Of a DNA stretch of 64,000 nt, positions 12,701 through 25,541 are shown piece by piece. The notes beneath the pieces were generated by a model. It had not been told where the DNA came from, searched no databases, and saw nothing but the letters and a program-made list of their open reading frames with translations. The stretch is from Octopus sinensis. Taxonomy: Eukaryota. Position numbers and translations under genes: made by a program. How positions within the stretch are numbered: position 1 is the stretch's first letter; every line of letters begins with the position of its first letter. The stretch spans positions 9,858,001 through 9,922,000 of the forward strand of contig NC_043010.1 of NCBI RefSeq assembly GCF_006345805.1, in the 5' to 3' direction.

Positions 12701-13299
12701 ATTGACAAAGGCATCCATGTAATTTTCATCTATCAAATTTTGCTCACAAAAGCCGTAACTGACCCAAAGCAATAGCAGAAAATATTTATCCTACAGGCTG
12801 TGCCGAGAAATTGAACTTAAAATCATGTTGCTGCAAAGTAAACTCTTAAACAAAGCAATCATGTCTGCACCCATTGCTACAAATAAACAAGAAATTAAGT
12901 TTCAATTTGAGTTACTGGATCAAGATAATTGGTCTCTTCTGTTTGTGGTGAAAGGCAATTAATCTTCAATTTATATTATTTCATAAAATGTTCTACTTTC
13001 GGTCAGGATACGATGACTAATTTTAATTTCTTCTGAAGTTGAAGGAATGAATGAATATTGGTGAATAATAGGAGAGTGGGGGCAGCTCATGAATAGAGAG
13101 CTAAAGAAATTGGGGCTAAATGTATGGATCCCCAACATGTCTTGAAATGTAACCAACAGATTGGACTGTTATCATACCTGTTACTAAAAGAATTATATAA
13201 GCTGGTCGGGGTGAGGGGATATTTTATGAATCAAGAAAAAAAAAATATTACTCACTATAAAGACATTTATTAGCTGAAAAATGTGGAGTCTTACTGTCT

Positions 13300-13481
13300 T
13301 TAAAGTATTATTATCATTATCATTATTGTCATCATCATCATCATCATCATCACCTTCATTATTTTATTATTATTATTATCATTATTGTTGTTGATGTTGT
13401 TGTTATTTGTTGTTGTTATTATTATTATCGTTATTATTATCATTATTGTTGTTGTTGTTGTTATTATCATTATTGTTATTA

Positions 13482-13556
<75 letters not shown>
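13300..13556. repeat. (ATT)n/(GTT)n microsatellite
   Basis: Directly visible. Confidence 0.95.
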
Positions 13557-13557
<1 letters not shown>

Positions 13558-13735
13558 GGCAGCAAGCTGGCAGAACCATTAGCACACTGGGCAAAATGCT
13601 TAGTGGTATTTTTCGTCAGCTATTACGTTCTGAGTTCAAATTCCCCTGAGGTCGACTTTGCCTTTCATCCTTTCAGGGTTGATAAATTAAGTACCAGTGA
13701 AACACTAGGTTCGATGTAATTGACTGTTCCTCTCC
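13557..13735 (+). mobile_element. SINE family B (3'-truncated)
   Basis: Family B head and body. Confidence 0.85.
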
Positions 13736-13740
13736 CCTCC

Positions 13741-13941
13741 TGGGTACTCTATTCCAATTTCCTTTATATTCCTCTTGGTGCCTTCTAACACTGTTCTCAA
13801 GGACCCAATAATAATTGGCACTATCTTCACCTTCTTCATTTTCCATAGCTGGGCTTTTTTCATACATAAGAGGGTTGTATCTATCTTTGTGCTTTCCTTC
13901 TTGACTATTTGTGGGTCAAAGGGGTATGCAATGTCAACTAT
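13741..13941 (-). pseudogene. Restriction-like endonuclease (RLE) domain fragment of an R4/Dong-like non-LTR retrotransposon
   Basis: Open frame IVDIAYPFDPQIVKKESTKIDTTLLCMKKAQLWKMKKVKIVPIIIGSLRTV resembles the RLE consensus (D.A.P.D...KE..K..Y..L......LW....V.P.IIG.LG). Confidence 0.75.
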
Positions 13942-13969
13942 ACTATTTCAAAAACTACTGCCACCTACA

Positions 13970-14480
13970 CCATTCATCACCGCCTACCACAATGCTATCA
14001 CCTGTGAACTATTATCACAACCACTTCTACTAACAACCGCTATCACCACCACCACTACCACCACCACCACCACCACCACCACCACCACCACCACCACCAC
14101 CACACCACCACCACCACCACCATCATTACCACCACCATACTATTATGACAACTACTGCTACCTCCACCAGAATACTATTATCATAACAACTAGTATGACA
14201 AGGATGACCACCACTCAAGCACTACAACCACTGCTTACTGCACCACCACCACCACCACCAACATCATCATTACTGCTAGCACCTGCATCACTAGCGCCAC
14301 TCCACGATACTATTAACATAACCTCTACTACCACCCCACCCCACCCACCCCCATTTACTGCCAACCACTATGGCTACTGGCACTGACACTAGCACCAGCA
14401 CCAGCACCAGCATCAGCCCTCACCACCGCTAACACTACAACCGCTACCACTACAACCGCTACCACTACCGCAATGACAAT
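13970..14480. repeat. (CAC)n/(ACT)n low-complexity tract
   Basis: Directly visible; explains the poly-T/P ORF. Confidence 0.9.
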
Positions 14481-14813
14481 ATACTAATATAATAACTACG
14501 TCAGTGCTAAGGTCCTGTAAAAGTCCTGTTGAGAATCAAATATCCAATTCAGTAACAGCAACAACAACAATACTAGCTGCAACAACAACATCATCATCGG
14601 TAGCAGCAGCAGTATGTTGTGTATGAAATATTTAGTCAGTAGGAGAGAGAGAGAGACAATTTTCCTGCAGTGTTTTGAGCCACACTTTCTCCTCCTCCTC
14701 GTCGCTTTCCACTTATTGATCACAAACTTACTAGAAAACTATTGATAAAAAAATCAAATGGAATAAATGATCAAAAGGTTCACTTTTGATAGAATAACAT
14801 AAAAAAAAAAATA

Positions 14814-14844
<31 letters not shown>

Positions 14845-14939
14845 ATTCCTTCTGGAAAGATGAAAAAAAGAAAGAATTTTTTTTTCTTTCTTTTTCAATA
14901 ATTTGTGAATTTTTAAAGGTAAGTTTTGTTATGAAATTG

Positions 14940-14972
<33 letters not shown>

Positions 14973-14977
14973 TGATG

Positions 14978-15012
<35 letters not shown>

Positions 15013-15083
15013 AATAATAATATAATAATAATAATGATAATGATATAATAATAATAATAATAATAATAATGATAATAATAATA

Positions 15084-15115
<32 letters not shown>

Positions 15116-15273
15116 TAATAATGAATAATAATAATAATAATAAATAATATAATAATATAATAATAATAATAATATAATGATAATATAATATAATAATAAT
15201 AATAATGATAATGATAATAATAATATATAATAATAATAATAATAATGATGATAATGATAATAATAATATAATG

Positions 15274-15314
<41 letters not shown>

Positions 15315-15545
15315 AATAATAATAATATAATAATAATGATAATAATAATAATATAATAATAGTGATAATAATAATGATAATATAATAATAATATGATGAT
15401 AATGATAATAATGAAATAATAATAATAATAATGATGATGATAATATAATATAATGATAATAATAATAATAATAATGATGATAATATAATAATAATAATGA
15501 TATAATAATAATAATAATAATAATATAATAATAATAATAATAATG

Positions 15546-15576
<31 letters not shown>

Positions 15577-15596
15577 TGATGATGATGATGATGATA
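14940..15596. repeat. Long imperfect (AAT)n/(GAT)n microsatellite (~650 bp)
   Basis: Directly visible. Confidence 0.97.
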
Positions 15597-16001
15597 AGGA
15601 AAAATGTATGTAAAAAGAAAAGAAAGAATTGAATTTTTAAAAAATGGTATGGCTTTATCCAGTTCTTACACTAAGTGTGGGATCAGGAATACCTAAGGGA
15701 GAGTGAATAAACGTGATTGAATTAACCCCCAATAAATGTCTGGCATTTATTTTATAAAATCCCTCATGGCATGGCTACATGGTTACAGTGATGTAGCTAA
15801 AGTGTATGCTGTCCGGGGCAGCCAGTGAGATTTCCTGTCCTCAACCAGAAATACAGCTTATTCAGACTTGTACATTAGACCCCAAAATATTGCCTGCCAC
15901 CCCCCATAGAAACTGACCCATAAAAGTGTAACTTGTGGTTGATTGCCCCACGTTTATCCTAACTATGTAGCTGCATGGTTAAGTAGTTTGCTACTGCAAC
16001 T

Positions 16002-16378
16002 TTGTTTGTTTGTTTGTTGAGCGAAGCGGCCTTCGTCCCAGAGTGGGAGAAGTCTGAAATGTGGTCCTTTGCTATTCGCAAGACCCACAGAAGAGAAAGC
16101 AGGTCAACCCCCAACACCGAGAGCATCGACGGATGGATGAATGCACATCCAGGCTCAGCGGTTGCATAGGAAGTCGGGGACAAGAAACAGGAAGAAAGAG
16201 TGAGAGAAAGTTGGAGCAAAAGAGTACAACAGGGGTCGCCACTACCCCCTGTTGGAGCCTCGTGGAGCTTTAGCTGTTTTTGCTCAATAAACACACACAA
16301 CGCCTGGTCTGGGAATCGAAACCGCGATCCTTTGACTGCGAGTCCGCTGCCCTAACCACTGGGCCATTGCACCTCCAC
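16002..16378 (-). mobile_element. SINE family D, tail variant 3, (CAAA)n end
   Basis: Head gtggaggtgcaatggcccagtggttagggcagcggactcg; 13-bp TSD tgctactgcaact at 15989-16001 and 16379-16391. Confidence 0.9.
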
Positions 16379-16429
16379 TGCTACTGCAACTCCCTGGCTT
16401 TGGCTTCAATAATATTTTGGCCTATTTGG

Positions 16430-16830
16430 TAAATGTCTTTTATCATAACCTCGTGGGGTCAGTGGTGGAATACAACCTTGTCTCATCTCATCTTCTTCAC
16501 CTACTTAATGATGGGAGGGTCACTGGAGGCAGAGTCCTCAGTCACACCTTCTATCAGGTCCTAATCACCTGTGTCCAACAGATCTGGCTGGATCTCCAAG
16601 TGACGCCAACTGAACTCATGGATGTTATCCATCTTGCTTGTGGTCTGTTCCAGGATCTCCTATCGGTTGGTCATGCTTAAAAAACCTGTCCAGCAATTCT
16701 ATCTCAAGATATTCTTGCAACACATCAGTAGTATCAGAGCTGTAATCTCTCAATCTGGAGAACTAGTGGCTCTACCTGGAACACCTCTCTGACCTCCAAG
16801 CTACACACTCTATTGAATAACGTTCAATAT
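16430..16830 (-). pseudogene. Highly degraded RTE-like LINE 3' coding end
   Basis: The minus strand reads RRSWNRPQARWITSM..W....L.TLPP, resembling the RR.RGRP..RW.D.I C-terminal motif of RTE ORFs; many stops. Confidence 0.45.
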
Positions 16831-16959
16831 CTCTGTCAAGAAAGCATGATGATGAGGAGGAGGGGGAGGAGGAGGAGAAATAGAACAATGATGGTACTAT
16901 TGAAAGAAAATTTTCAAATACTCTCTCCCTGGCAACTGCCCTGAGAAAATCCGTGATGA

Positions 16960-17298
16960 CGATACAAAGGGTAAAGGACCCCCTCAGTCATGAATGACCA
17001 CGGAATGTTATCCTCCGTGGTGCATATCCAGGGAAGGTCGTTTGTGGAAGGCCAGCAGTCACCCATTCATACCAGCCGCCCCTCTCCACACCACTGATGT
17101 TGTCCGAGGGAAAGGCAAAGGGGCTGCTACTGCTTGGCACCACTGACGTCACAATTGATTTCTACATCTGAGTGAACTGAAGCAACGTGAAATAAAGTAT
17201 CTTACTCAAGAACATGACACACATCTTGGTCTGGGAATTGAACTCACTACCACATGATTGTGACCCCAATGCTCTAATCACTGAGCCTTGTGCCTTCA
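16960..17298 (-). mobile_element. SINE with a family C-type head and a different tail
   Basis: The reverse complement begins gtgaaggcac..ggctcagtg..gagttcaattccc..atgttcttgagtaagatactttatttcacgttgc. Confidence 0.7.
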
Positions 17299-17349
17299 CT
17301 GATGATAAACTGCACTAAATTTTCACAATTATCATTTAATCCACGCTAC

Positions 17350-17518
17350 ATCATCATCGTTTAGCGTCCGCTTTCCATGCTAGCATGGGTTGGACGGTTT
17401 GACCGGGTAACTGGGAAGCCAGAAGGCTGCACCAGGCTCCGGTCTTATCTGGCAATGTTTCTACAGCTGGATGCCCTTCCTAACGCCAACCACTCCGTGA
17501 GTGTAGTGGGTGCTTTTT
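17350..17518 (-). mobile_element. Repeat family E 3' end with (GAT)n tail
   Basis: ggcgttaggaagggcatccagctgtagaaac...gacgctaaacgatgatg on the minus strand. Confidence 0.85.
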
Positions 17519-17591
17519 GAGGAAGCCGTTGCTTTCTGACAATGATGCAAAGCTCCGTTGTTGGAATGTAAATAACGAAAACAATGTCACA

Positions 17592-17925
17592 TTTTTAAAC
17601 TTGAGAAAAGTCTTGTATATTTTTACTATTCCCCTTACAGATTCTGTTTGTAATGTGTTAGTTAGTTGGTTGATTTCTTTTTCTAAAAATCTTAACTGAT
17701 TCAGATTGTCACTCAGGCATTTACTCACAAGACCAAGAGCACCAATTATTATTATTGGTATAAATATGAATTTATAATCTGGGTTCAGAAGCTGGAGGTT
17801 TCAAAGCAGTTCTCCATAGTTACTTCCTTTCTCTTAGATTTGTCAAAGAGTTATTCACATCAGCAAGACAACTGACCCTCTATGACAGTCCATACCTTTT
17901 CTTGTCTGTCCCAAATTACAATATT
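17592..17925 (-). pseudogene. Second RLE-domain C-terminal fragment (R4/NeSL-type LINE)
   Basis: IVIWDRQEKVWTVIE/VSCLADVN..EKE../LQLLNPDYKFIFIPIIIIGALGLVSKCL..LQTESVRGIVKIYKTFLKF, with frameshifts. Confidence 0.75.
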
Positions 17926-17960
17926 ACTTGATAGATGTTGTGATATATATATTTATGTAT

Positions 17961-18378
17961 ACTCTTTTACTCTTTTACTTGTTTCAGTCATATGACTGCG
18001 GCCATGCTGGAGCACCGCCTTTAATCGAGCAAATCGACCCCGGGACTTATTCTTTTGTAAGCCCAGTACTTATTCTATCGGTCTCTTTTGCCGAACCGCT
18101 GAGTGACGGGGACGTAAACACACCAGCATCGGTTGTCAAGCAATGCTAGGGGGACAAACACAGACACACAAACACACACACGCATATATATATATATATA
18201 TATATACACATACACGACGGACTTCTTTTCAGTTTCCGTCTACCAAATCCACTCACAAGGCTTTGGTCGGCCAGAGGCTATAGTAGAAGACACTTGCCCA
18301 AGATGCCACGCAGTCGGACTGAACCCGGAACCGTGTGGTTGGTAAACAAGCTACTTACCACACAGCCACTCTTGCGCC
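17961..18378 (-). mobile_element. SINE family A, full length
   Basis: Family A consensus. Confidence 0.9.
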
Positions 18379-19849
18379 TATTGTATGTATATCATCATCA
18401 TCATCCAGTGTTTTAAATCCGGGTTTTGTTCCCGTTAACAGGTGTGGCTGGTTCTACCTCAATGCCATAACAACCGAGGTAAGCAGGTGCAGCCCACCTC
18501 AATCTTTGGGCTGGATAGTACCCATTCTCCTTTGCTATCATGAGGCTTTTTTGGAGCTGGATCTTCTATGGGGGAACATGCTCTTGCTTACCTCCAGCCT
18601 CAGTTTCTAGACATGAGTGGTCCTGAGACCAAGACCTCTACAATGATTTTTAAGAAATGTGATGGCAAACTAACTCAGGAAGGCAGGGACGCTACTCCCT
18701 GAGACCCTTTTAGAGCCACTCTACATATGTGAATTGCAAATTCCCCTTAATATCTAAGCCAGTAAATCCTGTAAACCACTGAATTTCTGATGAACCAGCA
18801 CTCACAATGAACCTGATCTAAATCTAATTAAATATAAGACAATAATGAACCCTAAACTTATATGTGCATCTATATATTTATATATACACACACACACATA
18901 CACATATGTGTATATGCACATGTATGTGGGTATATGTGCACCTCTGTCTGTATATAAATATATATATACGTGTGTGTATGTGTATACATATATGTGTGTT
19001 TTTATGAAATTTTATCTAGTTTCAGCTCACAAGCTGTGGCCATGCTGGGGCACTGCCATTGTATATATATATATATATTGTGTGTGTATATATATATATA
19101 TATATACACACACACATACACATATGTGTATATGCACATGTATGTGGGTATATGTGCACCTCTGTCTGTATATAAGTATATATATATATATATGTGCGTC
19201 TGTGTATATGTGTGTATATATATTTATATATATACACACACACATACATATGTATATGTGCACTCACATACACACACACACACACAAATACACACATACG
19301 TATATATTGTTTGCGGTGAAAATCCACTGGTGTGTTGCATCTCATGTCAAAAAAAAGAAAAAAGAAAAAAGTAAGAGATCAATAAAGTATTATATACACT
19401 AGACTGAAATGACCACTGAGGGCAATATGATTGATTGACTCTAGCCCTTAAAAGTAGTGTCCAGGCATGACCAAAATCTAATGACGGAAACCAGTCAAAG
19501 AATAAAAGCATAAAAGAAGAATCTGAGATAGCTAAATCATAATGTTTTCATGAAATATTGTTTGAGCTAACTTTCGCATATGGTTCAAATTTATTTCTGT
19601 TTATTGATTGTGTATGTGATAAGTGGTGCTACCATAGCGTTTCTATATATTGGGCTATTTACACAATAGGGTGTGGTCTACCAGAACATCGTAACTACAA
19701 CAACGTGCACTCTGTTAGGGATATTTATACAACAGGATGTTTAAATACTAAAAAAAAAACTAAAAAAACAATAAAAAACTAAAAAAAACAAAGGGATATA
19801 GAATTTATCAATGATCATGATATAAACAAAATGTATAATGATTCTGTCT

Positions 19850-20022
19850 GGATGATGATGGTGATGATGGTGGTAGTGGTGGTGATGGTGGTGTTGATGA
19901 TGATGGTGGTGATGGTGGTGGTGATGGTAGTGGTGGTGGTGGTGTTGATGATGGTGATGATGGTGGTGATGATGGTGATAATGACGATGACAATGATGAC
20001 GATGATGATGATGATGATAGTA
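19850..20022. repeat. (GAT/GGT)n microsatellite
   Basis: Directly visible. Confidence 0.95.
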
Positions 20023-20032
20023 ATGGGATTGT

Positions 20033-20425
20033 GTAATCGAACACCGTCGGCCGGATATTGTCATATTGAGTAAGAGAGACAAATACTGTCAGATTCATTG
20101 ATGTAGCCATACCAAATGACATGGATGTTGTGAGTAAGGAGGTTGAAAAAAATCACCAGTACTCCAAATTGAAAGTGGAAATGGCAAGACTGTATGGAAT
20201 GTGGGAGGGTAATGTGAAAGTGATACCAGTGGTGATCGGAGTGTTGGGCTCAATCCCATTAAAACTTTAAGACTTCTTAAGGCAACTGGAAAGCCCATGC
20301 AAAAAGCAGCCTTCTTGGGCACAGCGCACATCTTAAGGAAAGTATTATCTGTCTGAGGTCTTTGTTGTGACTTGACAGATGACTAAAGACTCCAGTGCAT
20401 TTTTTCCTACTCCGTGTTATGAAGG
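20033..20425 (+). pseudogene. 3' end of an R4/Dong-like RLE retrotransposon with short 3' UTR
   Basis: IEHRRPDIVILSKRDK/IDVAIPND..SKEVEK..YSKLKVEMARL..W..VKVIPVVIGVLGSIP/MQKAAFLGTAHILRKVLSV*; ~70 bp of 3' UTR abuts (TAA)n at 20426. Confidence 0.85.
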
Positions 20426-20438
20426 AATAATAATAATA

Positions 20439-20495
<57 letters not shown>

Positions 20496-20530
20496 TAATA
20501 ATGATGATGATGATGATGATGATGATAATA
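20426..20530. repeat. (TAA)n microsatellite
   Basis: Directly visible. Confidence 0.97.
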
Positions 20531-20687
20531 ACAAGAGCACTCAGAGAGAGCAAACCTCTGCCAAATCAACACCAACGTCCACTCAATGATTAGCTGGAGA
20601 GGATTTTTTAAAATGAAAATATCTGAAATAAACTCAATGGCTCTCACAAACAAGAATAGTAAAAATGAACCCAACTGCTCTCTAAAA

Positions 20688-20996
20688 CTAAGTAAAAAAA
20701 AACTGGAAAAATAACCCAGAATCCATGTCCGGTACCCGATTGATCCCACTGGTAGACATGGAATGTGAAGGTGGGTGTGCAGGCTGTATTTGTAATGCTG
20801 AGTGTGCGTCATCTGCACTGGGAACAGGGACAGTTTTCTCTATGGAGGCCTTTTTTAGTCTATCCACTGATATAGTGTCTTTACAACCATTAAGGTCTAT
20901 TGTGAAAAATTTATCTGTGTAGGAAAGAAAGCAGAAAGGACCTGCATACAGTGCTGTTAATGGAGTTTTAACAACATCATTGTGCACAAAAACGAG
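20688..20996 (-). pseudogene. Gypsy/Ty3 integrase C-terminal (GPY/F) fragment
   Basis: VFVHNDVVKTPLTALYAGPFCFLSYTDKFFTIDLNGCKDTISVDRLKKA resembles VFVR.D.V..PL...Y.GPF.V....K.F.I...G..D.VS.DRLK. Confidence 0.8.
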
Positions 20997-21865
20997 AATC
21001 CAAGAAGCAAAGCGTCCTTCAAGGCAGAGCTAGAAATGCAATTGTCAAGTAGGTAAGAGGTTTTAAACAGAAGCAATATATTCAAAATTGGTAAAACTAA
21101 AAATTGTCGAGGATTAATTAGATTTATAATTGTTACTGAATATGTCAGTATTATTTAATTTCTGAAAGGTTTTGCTGCCATTTGTTTATGTTGTTTGATT
21201 TCTTTATCCATCAGTTTCTAGTAAGATAGGGACATGAGTAAAATTAATAAGAGAAAACGAAAATAAAACTTTGGAAACAGCAATGCAGCCATAACTTATG
21301 TGGAAACCCTGAGTGTGCTTTAAAGGGAGATAATCAGAGAAAGATTTGAAAGTGACCTTAAGATTGTAATACTTAATGTGAATTAAAGTAAATATTACAA
21401 ATAATCCAGATTCCTTGTCCGGTACTGGATCAAATCCCTAAATCTAATCAGCCATATTCTGAGTTCAAATTTTGCTGAGGTCAAATTTAGCCATCCATAT
21501 TTGCAAAATTGACAAATTAAACGGTCGAATACAAGTAGGTATAATCAACTACACAATCTGTGGTCTTGTGTCAATATTAAACATATAATTCTTTATAATT
21601 TTAGCACAAGCCCAGCAATTTTGAGGGAAGGATAAAAGGCAGTCAAACTCAGCATCAATAGAACCTAGAACATAATGAGTCAGAAGAAATAGTGCTAAGC
21701 ATTTTTATTTGGTGAGGTACCAATTCTGCCAACTCAGCGTCTTATATTAAACATTTAATAAAAGAGATAGAAAAACAAAAATTCAATAAATGAAGGGAGA
21801 CAACAATATTAGGTTATAAAAAATCCTTCATTTTAGAAGGCAATGCAAATATATATGCATATATA

Positions 21866-21935
<70 letters not shown>

Positions 21936-21958
21936 TGTATGTATATATATATACATAC

Positions 21959-22011
<53 letters not shown>

Positions 22012-22014
22012 AAG

Positions 22015-22210
22015 TTAATTCAAACAAGAAAACAAAAACAACAATGCAAGGACGTGGAACAAATAAAGTATTATTGGACGCTCAGGAAAGAAGGGAAGAA
22101 AGAGGGTTTGACGTTTCGAGCGGAACTCTTCGACGGAAACATAGGAGAAGGAAAGATCCCGAGAAGGGAAGACAGGGGAAAAAAATCGCTAGTGATACAG
22201 ACGAGGTCAC
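22015..22210 (-). mobile_element. Hammerhead-bearing short repeat (probable Penelope pseudo-LTR remnant), copy 1
   Basis: Clearly similar to 29695-29895; both copies are flanked by (TA)n. Confidence 0.75.
22106..22140 (-). ncRNA. Minimal type I hammerhead-like motif, degenerate core
   Basis: GTTT-CCGTCGA-A-GAG-TTCCG-CTC-GAAA-CG-TC-AAAC: stem I 4 bp, stem II 3 bp, palindromic ACGU stem III, GUC site. The core deviates at U4 and A6. Confidence 0.55.
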
Positions 22211-22212
22211 AA

Positions 22213-22263
<51 letters not shown>

Positions 22264-22935
22264 GGGTTATTATATCTGAAGTAAAAATAGCAGGTAGGAC
22301 TATATATTTCATAAATGCACTTGGGTGCTTACCAGAACATGAAGACTTACAATACACTTTCGGTAGTATTCTTTTGTTTGTTTTGTGTCTGTGTCCATTA
22401 GATATAATATATGCAAATGTATTCTTAGTATGATAATACATTAAAAATCATTCATTGTGACACAAAAACTTGTAAACATTGACAGTTTGGGAGAGAGAGC
22501 TTGATTATTATTATTAATATACAAGTAGAGAATTATGCCCCACTTTGTCTCTATCTCTCTCTCTCTCTCTCTGAATATGCATACATATATTCGTTCATAC
22601 ATATGTACGTACGTACATGCATACATACATAAATACATACATACATACATATGTGCGTACATGCAAACACACATGCACACATACATGTATACACATATGC
22701 AAGTATATGTGTGAGTGTGTGTGAATATATATGTGCATTTACACACACACACACACACACATGCTATATACAGTATGTATTGAATGCCTCATCAAAATTG
22801 TTGAGATCCTAACCAAACTAAGCATAAATATATTTACATTATGGTGTGTGTGTGTGTGAACATACATGCTTTCATACATATATAAATGGATGAAACGATG
22901 TATGTGCGTGTGTATATATATATATATATGTGTGT

Positions 22936-23160
22936 TTCTTTACAACCCACAAGGGGCTAAACACAGAGGGGACAAACAAGGACTGACAAACGGATTAAGT
23001 CGATTATATCGACCCCAGTGTGTAACTGGTACTTAATTTATCGACCCCGAAAGGATGAAAGTCAAAGTCGACCTCGGCAGAATTTGAACTCAGAACGTAA
23101 CAGTAGCCGAAATACTGCTAGGCATTCTGGCCGGTGTGCTAACGATTCTGCCAGCTCGCC
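22936..23160 (-). mobile_element. SINE family B
   Basis: Reverse complement of the family B consensus. Confidence 0.9.
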
Positions 23161-23162
23161 GC

Positions 23163-23207
<45 letters not shown>

Positions 23208-23394
23208 AAAGCCAATGGTTCAGTTATTTGCTACTTAGGAGTTTCTTAATAATTGCGATCCTTTTGGCACTTGAATAATCACAAAATAATGAGAAACTCT
23301 GAGTACGAATCAAGTTCATTATTGACATAAATAAATGAACTCCACTAAATGGAATTATAACAGAAGTTGTATAGCGAACATTGTCTTTAATCTA

Positions 23395-23817
23395 TACTCT
23401 CTTTACTCTTTTACTCTTTTACTTGTTTCAGTCATTTGACTGCGGCCATGCTGGAGCACCGCCTTTAGTCAAGCAAATCGACCCCGGGACTTATTCTTTT
23501 GTAAGCCCAGTACTTATTCTATCGGTCTCTTTTGCTGAACTGCTAAGTGACGGGGACATAAACACACCAGCATCGGTTGTCAAGCAATGCTAGGGGGACA
23601 AACACAGACACACAAACACACACACACACACATACATATATATACATATATATACATATATACGACAGGCTTCTTTCAGTTTCTGTCTACCAAATCCACT
23701 CACAAGGCATTGGTCGGCGCGGGGCTATAGCAGAAGAGACTTGCCCAAGATGCCACGCAGTGGGACTGAACCAGGAACCATGTGGTTGATTAGCAAGCTA
23801 CTTACCACACAGCCACT
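23395..23817 (-). mobile_element. SINE family A, full length
   Basis: Family A consensus. Confidence 0.9.
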
Positions 23818-23839
23818 ACTTTAAACTTTTATAATATCG

Positions 23840-23914
23840 CTAGATAACTTCATCTAGAGATAATATTATCTCTAGATAAGATTATCTAGAGATATGTTAT
23901 CTATGGATAACATA
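23840..23914. repeat. Cluster of overlapping short palindromes rich in AGATAA/TTATCT
   Basis: Perfect 24-bp palindrome tctagagataatattatctctaga at 23853-23876, plus two 9-bp-arm hairpins. Confidence 0.8.
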
Positions 23915-24288
23915 CCCAGTGTTTTCTGTATATCATTTATAATATCACATGTTATCTTAACCCATTTGATCTTTACTTACTTAGACCTAGGTCGTTCAAG
24001 AGCCCTACACTCATAATGGTGGATTTTAATCTGGTTTCCATGGCATATAAGGGATTGGGGTTACAAAACCCCTGCCATGAAAGGGACATAGGTCCATTGT
24101 GGGGTCAACTTACCAGTTACTGCTAAAACTTATTTACTTTTGAAATGAAGCAAGTGTTTTACGCAAGAATGCAATGCACTGCCTAGTTCAGAAATTGAAA
24201 CAATGGTCTTATTATTGTGAGTACAACACCCTAAACCTCTAGGCTACATACCTTCACCATTTGCTCTTTGCCGGCTTAGTTATTAGAT

Positions 24289-24507
24289 CAGTGGTTTTCA
24301 ACCAGGGTTCCGCGGAACCTTAGGGTTCCACCAGTACAGTCCAGGGGTTCCGCAAGAAGTTACAAAACTGCTAAAATCGGCAGTAATTTTTAATTCTCCT
24401 GTGCAGATATGTGTGCATAAGACTATTAAATTATTGCACAGGGGTTCCTCGAGCCAGTGGAATGTTTCCTTGGGGTTCCGCTCCAGCAAAAAGTTTGAAA
24501 AGCACTG
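24289..24507. mobile_element. hAT-superfamily MITE (219 bp)
   Basis: TIRs CAGTGGTTTTCAA / TTGAAAAGCACTG (12/13 match); perfect 8-bp TSD tattagat at 24281-24288 and 24508-24515. Confidence 0.92.
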
Positions 24508-24932
24508 TATTAGATGCAAAAAATTGTCTGATGAAAATGATTGGCTTTCATAAACAGCAGGCTTTGACATAAAAATACCACTTACCACATGGTAATGACT
24601 TACAACCAAACATCAGTCAATCGCCCATCATGGTGCTTCAGAGAATGACATTTAAGCGAAAATACATCAAGAAAGTGACTGAAGCTCCTGGAGTGAGAGG
24701 AAAAGGAAGACACCAGTTCTCACAAAATTCTAATTAAAGCCCTGAAGCTTGGCCCAGGAAGATCATCAAGCTTCTTGTATCATTTAATGATAATTTGCTA
24801 ACAGAAGGTTTGCTAATCATGGAAAGATTTAACAATTGAATGAATGGTGGGAGTTGATGAAAGAATGGATTAGACAAGTCAGCATTTTTGATTCACCCCA
24901 CAGTATTTTTGGCATACAAGTCAATGTAGTAT

Positions 24933-25290
24933 AATCATCATCATCATCATCATCATCATTTAATGTCCGTTTTCCGCGCTAGCACGGGTTGGACGGTTCG
25001 ACCGGGTTCTGGGAAGCCAGAAGGCTGCACCAGGCTCCAGTCTGATCTGGCAGAGTTTCTACTGCTGGATGCCCTTCCTAACGCCAACCACTCCGAGAGT
25101 GTAGTGGGTGCTTTTTACGTGCCACCTGCACAGGTGCCAGGGGGGGGGTCCGGCATCGGCCACGATCGGTTGGAGCTTTTAACGTGCCACCGGCACGGAA
25201 GCCAGCCAAGGCGACGCTGGCAACGGCCACGTTCGGATGGTGCTTTTTATGTGCCACCGGCACAGGAGCCAGTCGGGGCGGCGCTGGCAT
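24933..25290 (-). mobile_element. Repeat family E with internal gtgccaccggca subrepeats
   Basis: Family E consensus with (GAT)n tail. Confidence 0.85.
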
Positions 25291-25541
25291 CGTAGTGTAA
25301 ATATGTATTGTAAGTATTCAAACATTATCACTGTCTTTCCAAATCCTTCAACATTTTACATGGAATCTTTGGTCTTTCAAAGTCATCTTGGTGTATAAGT
25401 TGACCTACCATTTTAAGTTCTAAAGTTTGGTCTAAAAAATCCAACTTGTATGCTGGAAATATGTTAAAAGTTTGAATCAGACATAACAGTCCAATAGAGA
25501 ATTACAGGAATGAAAATTCTATCTATTATATAGTGTGGCTT

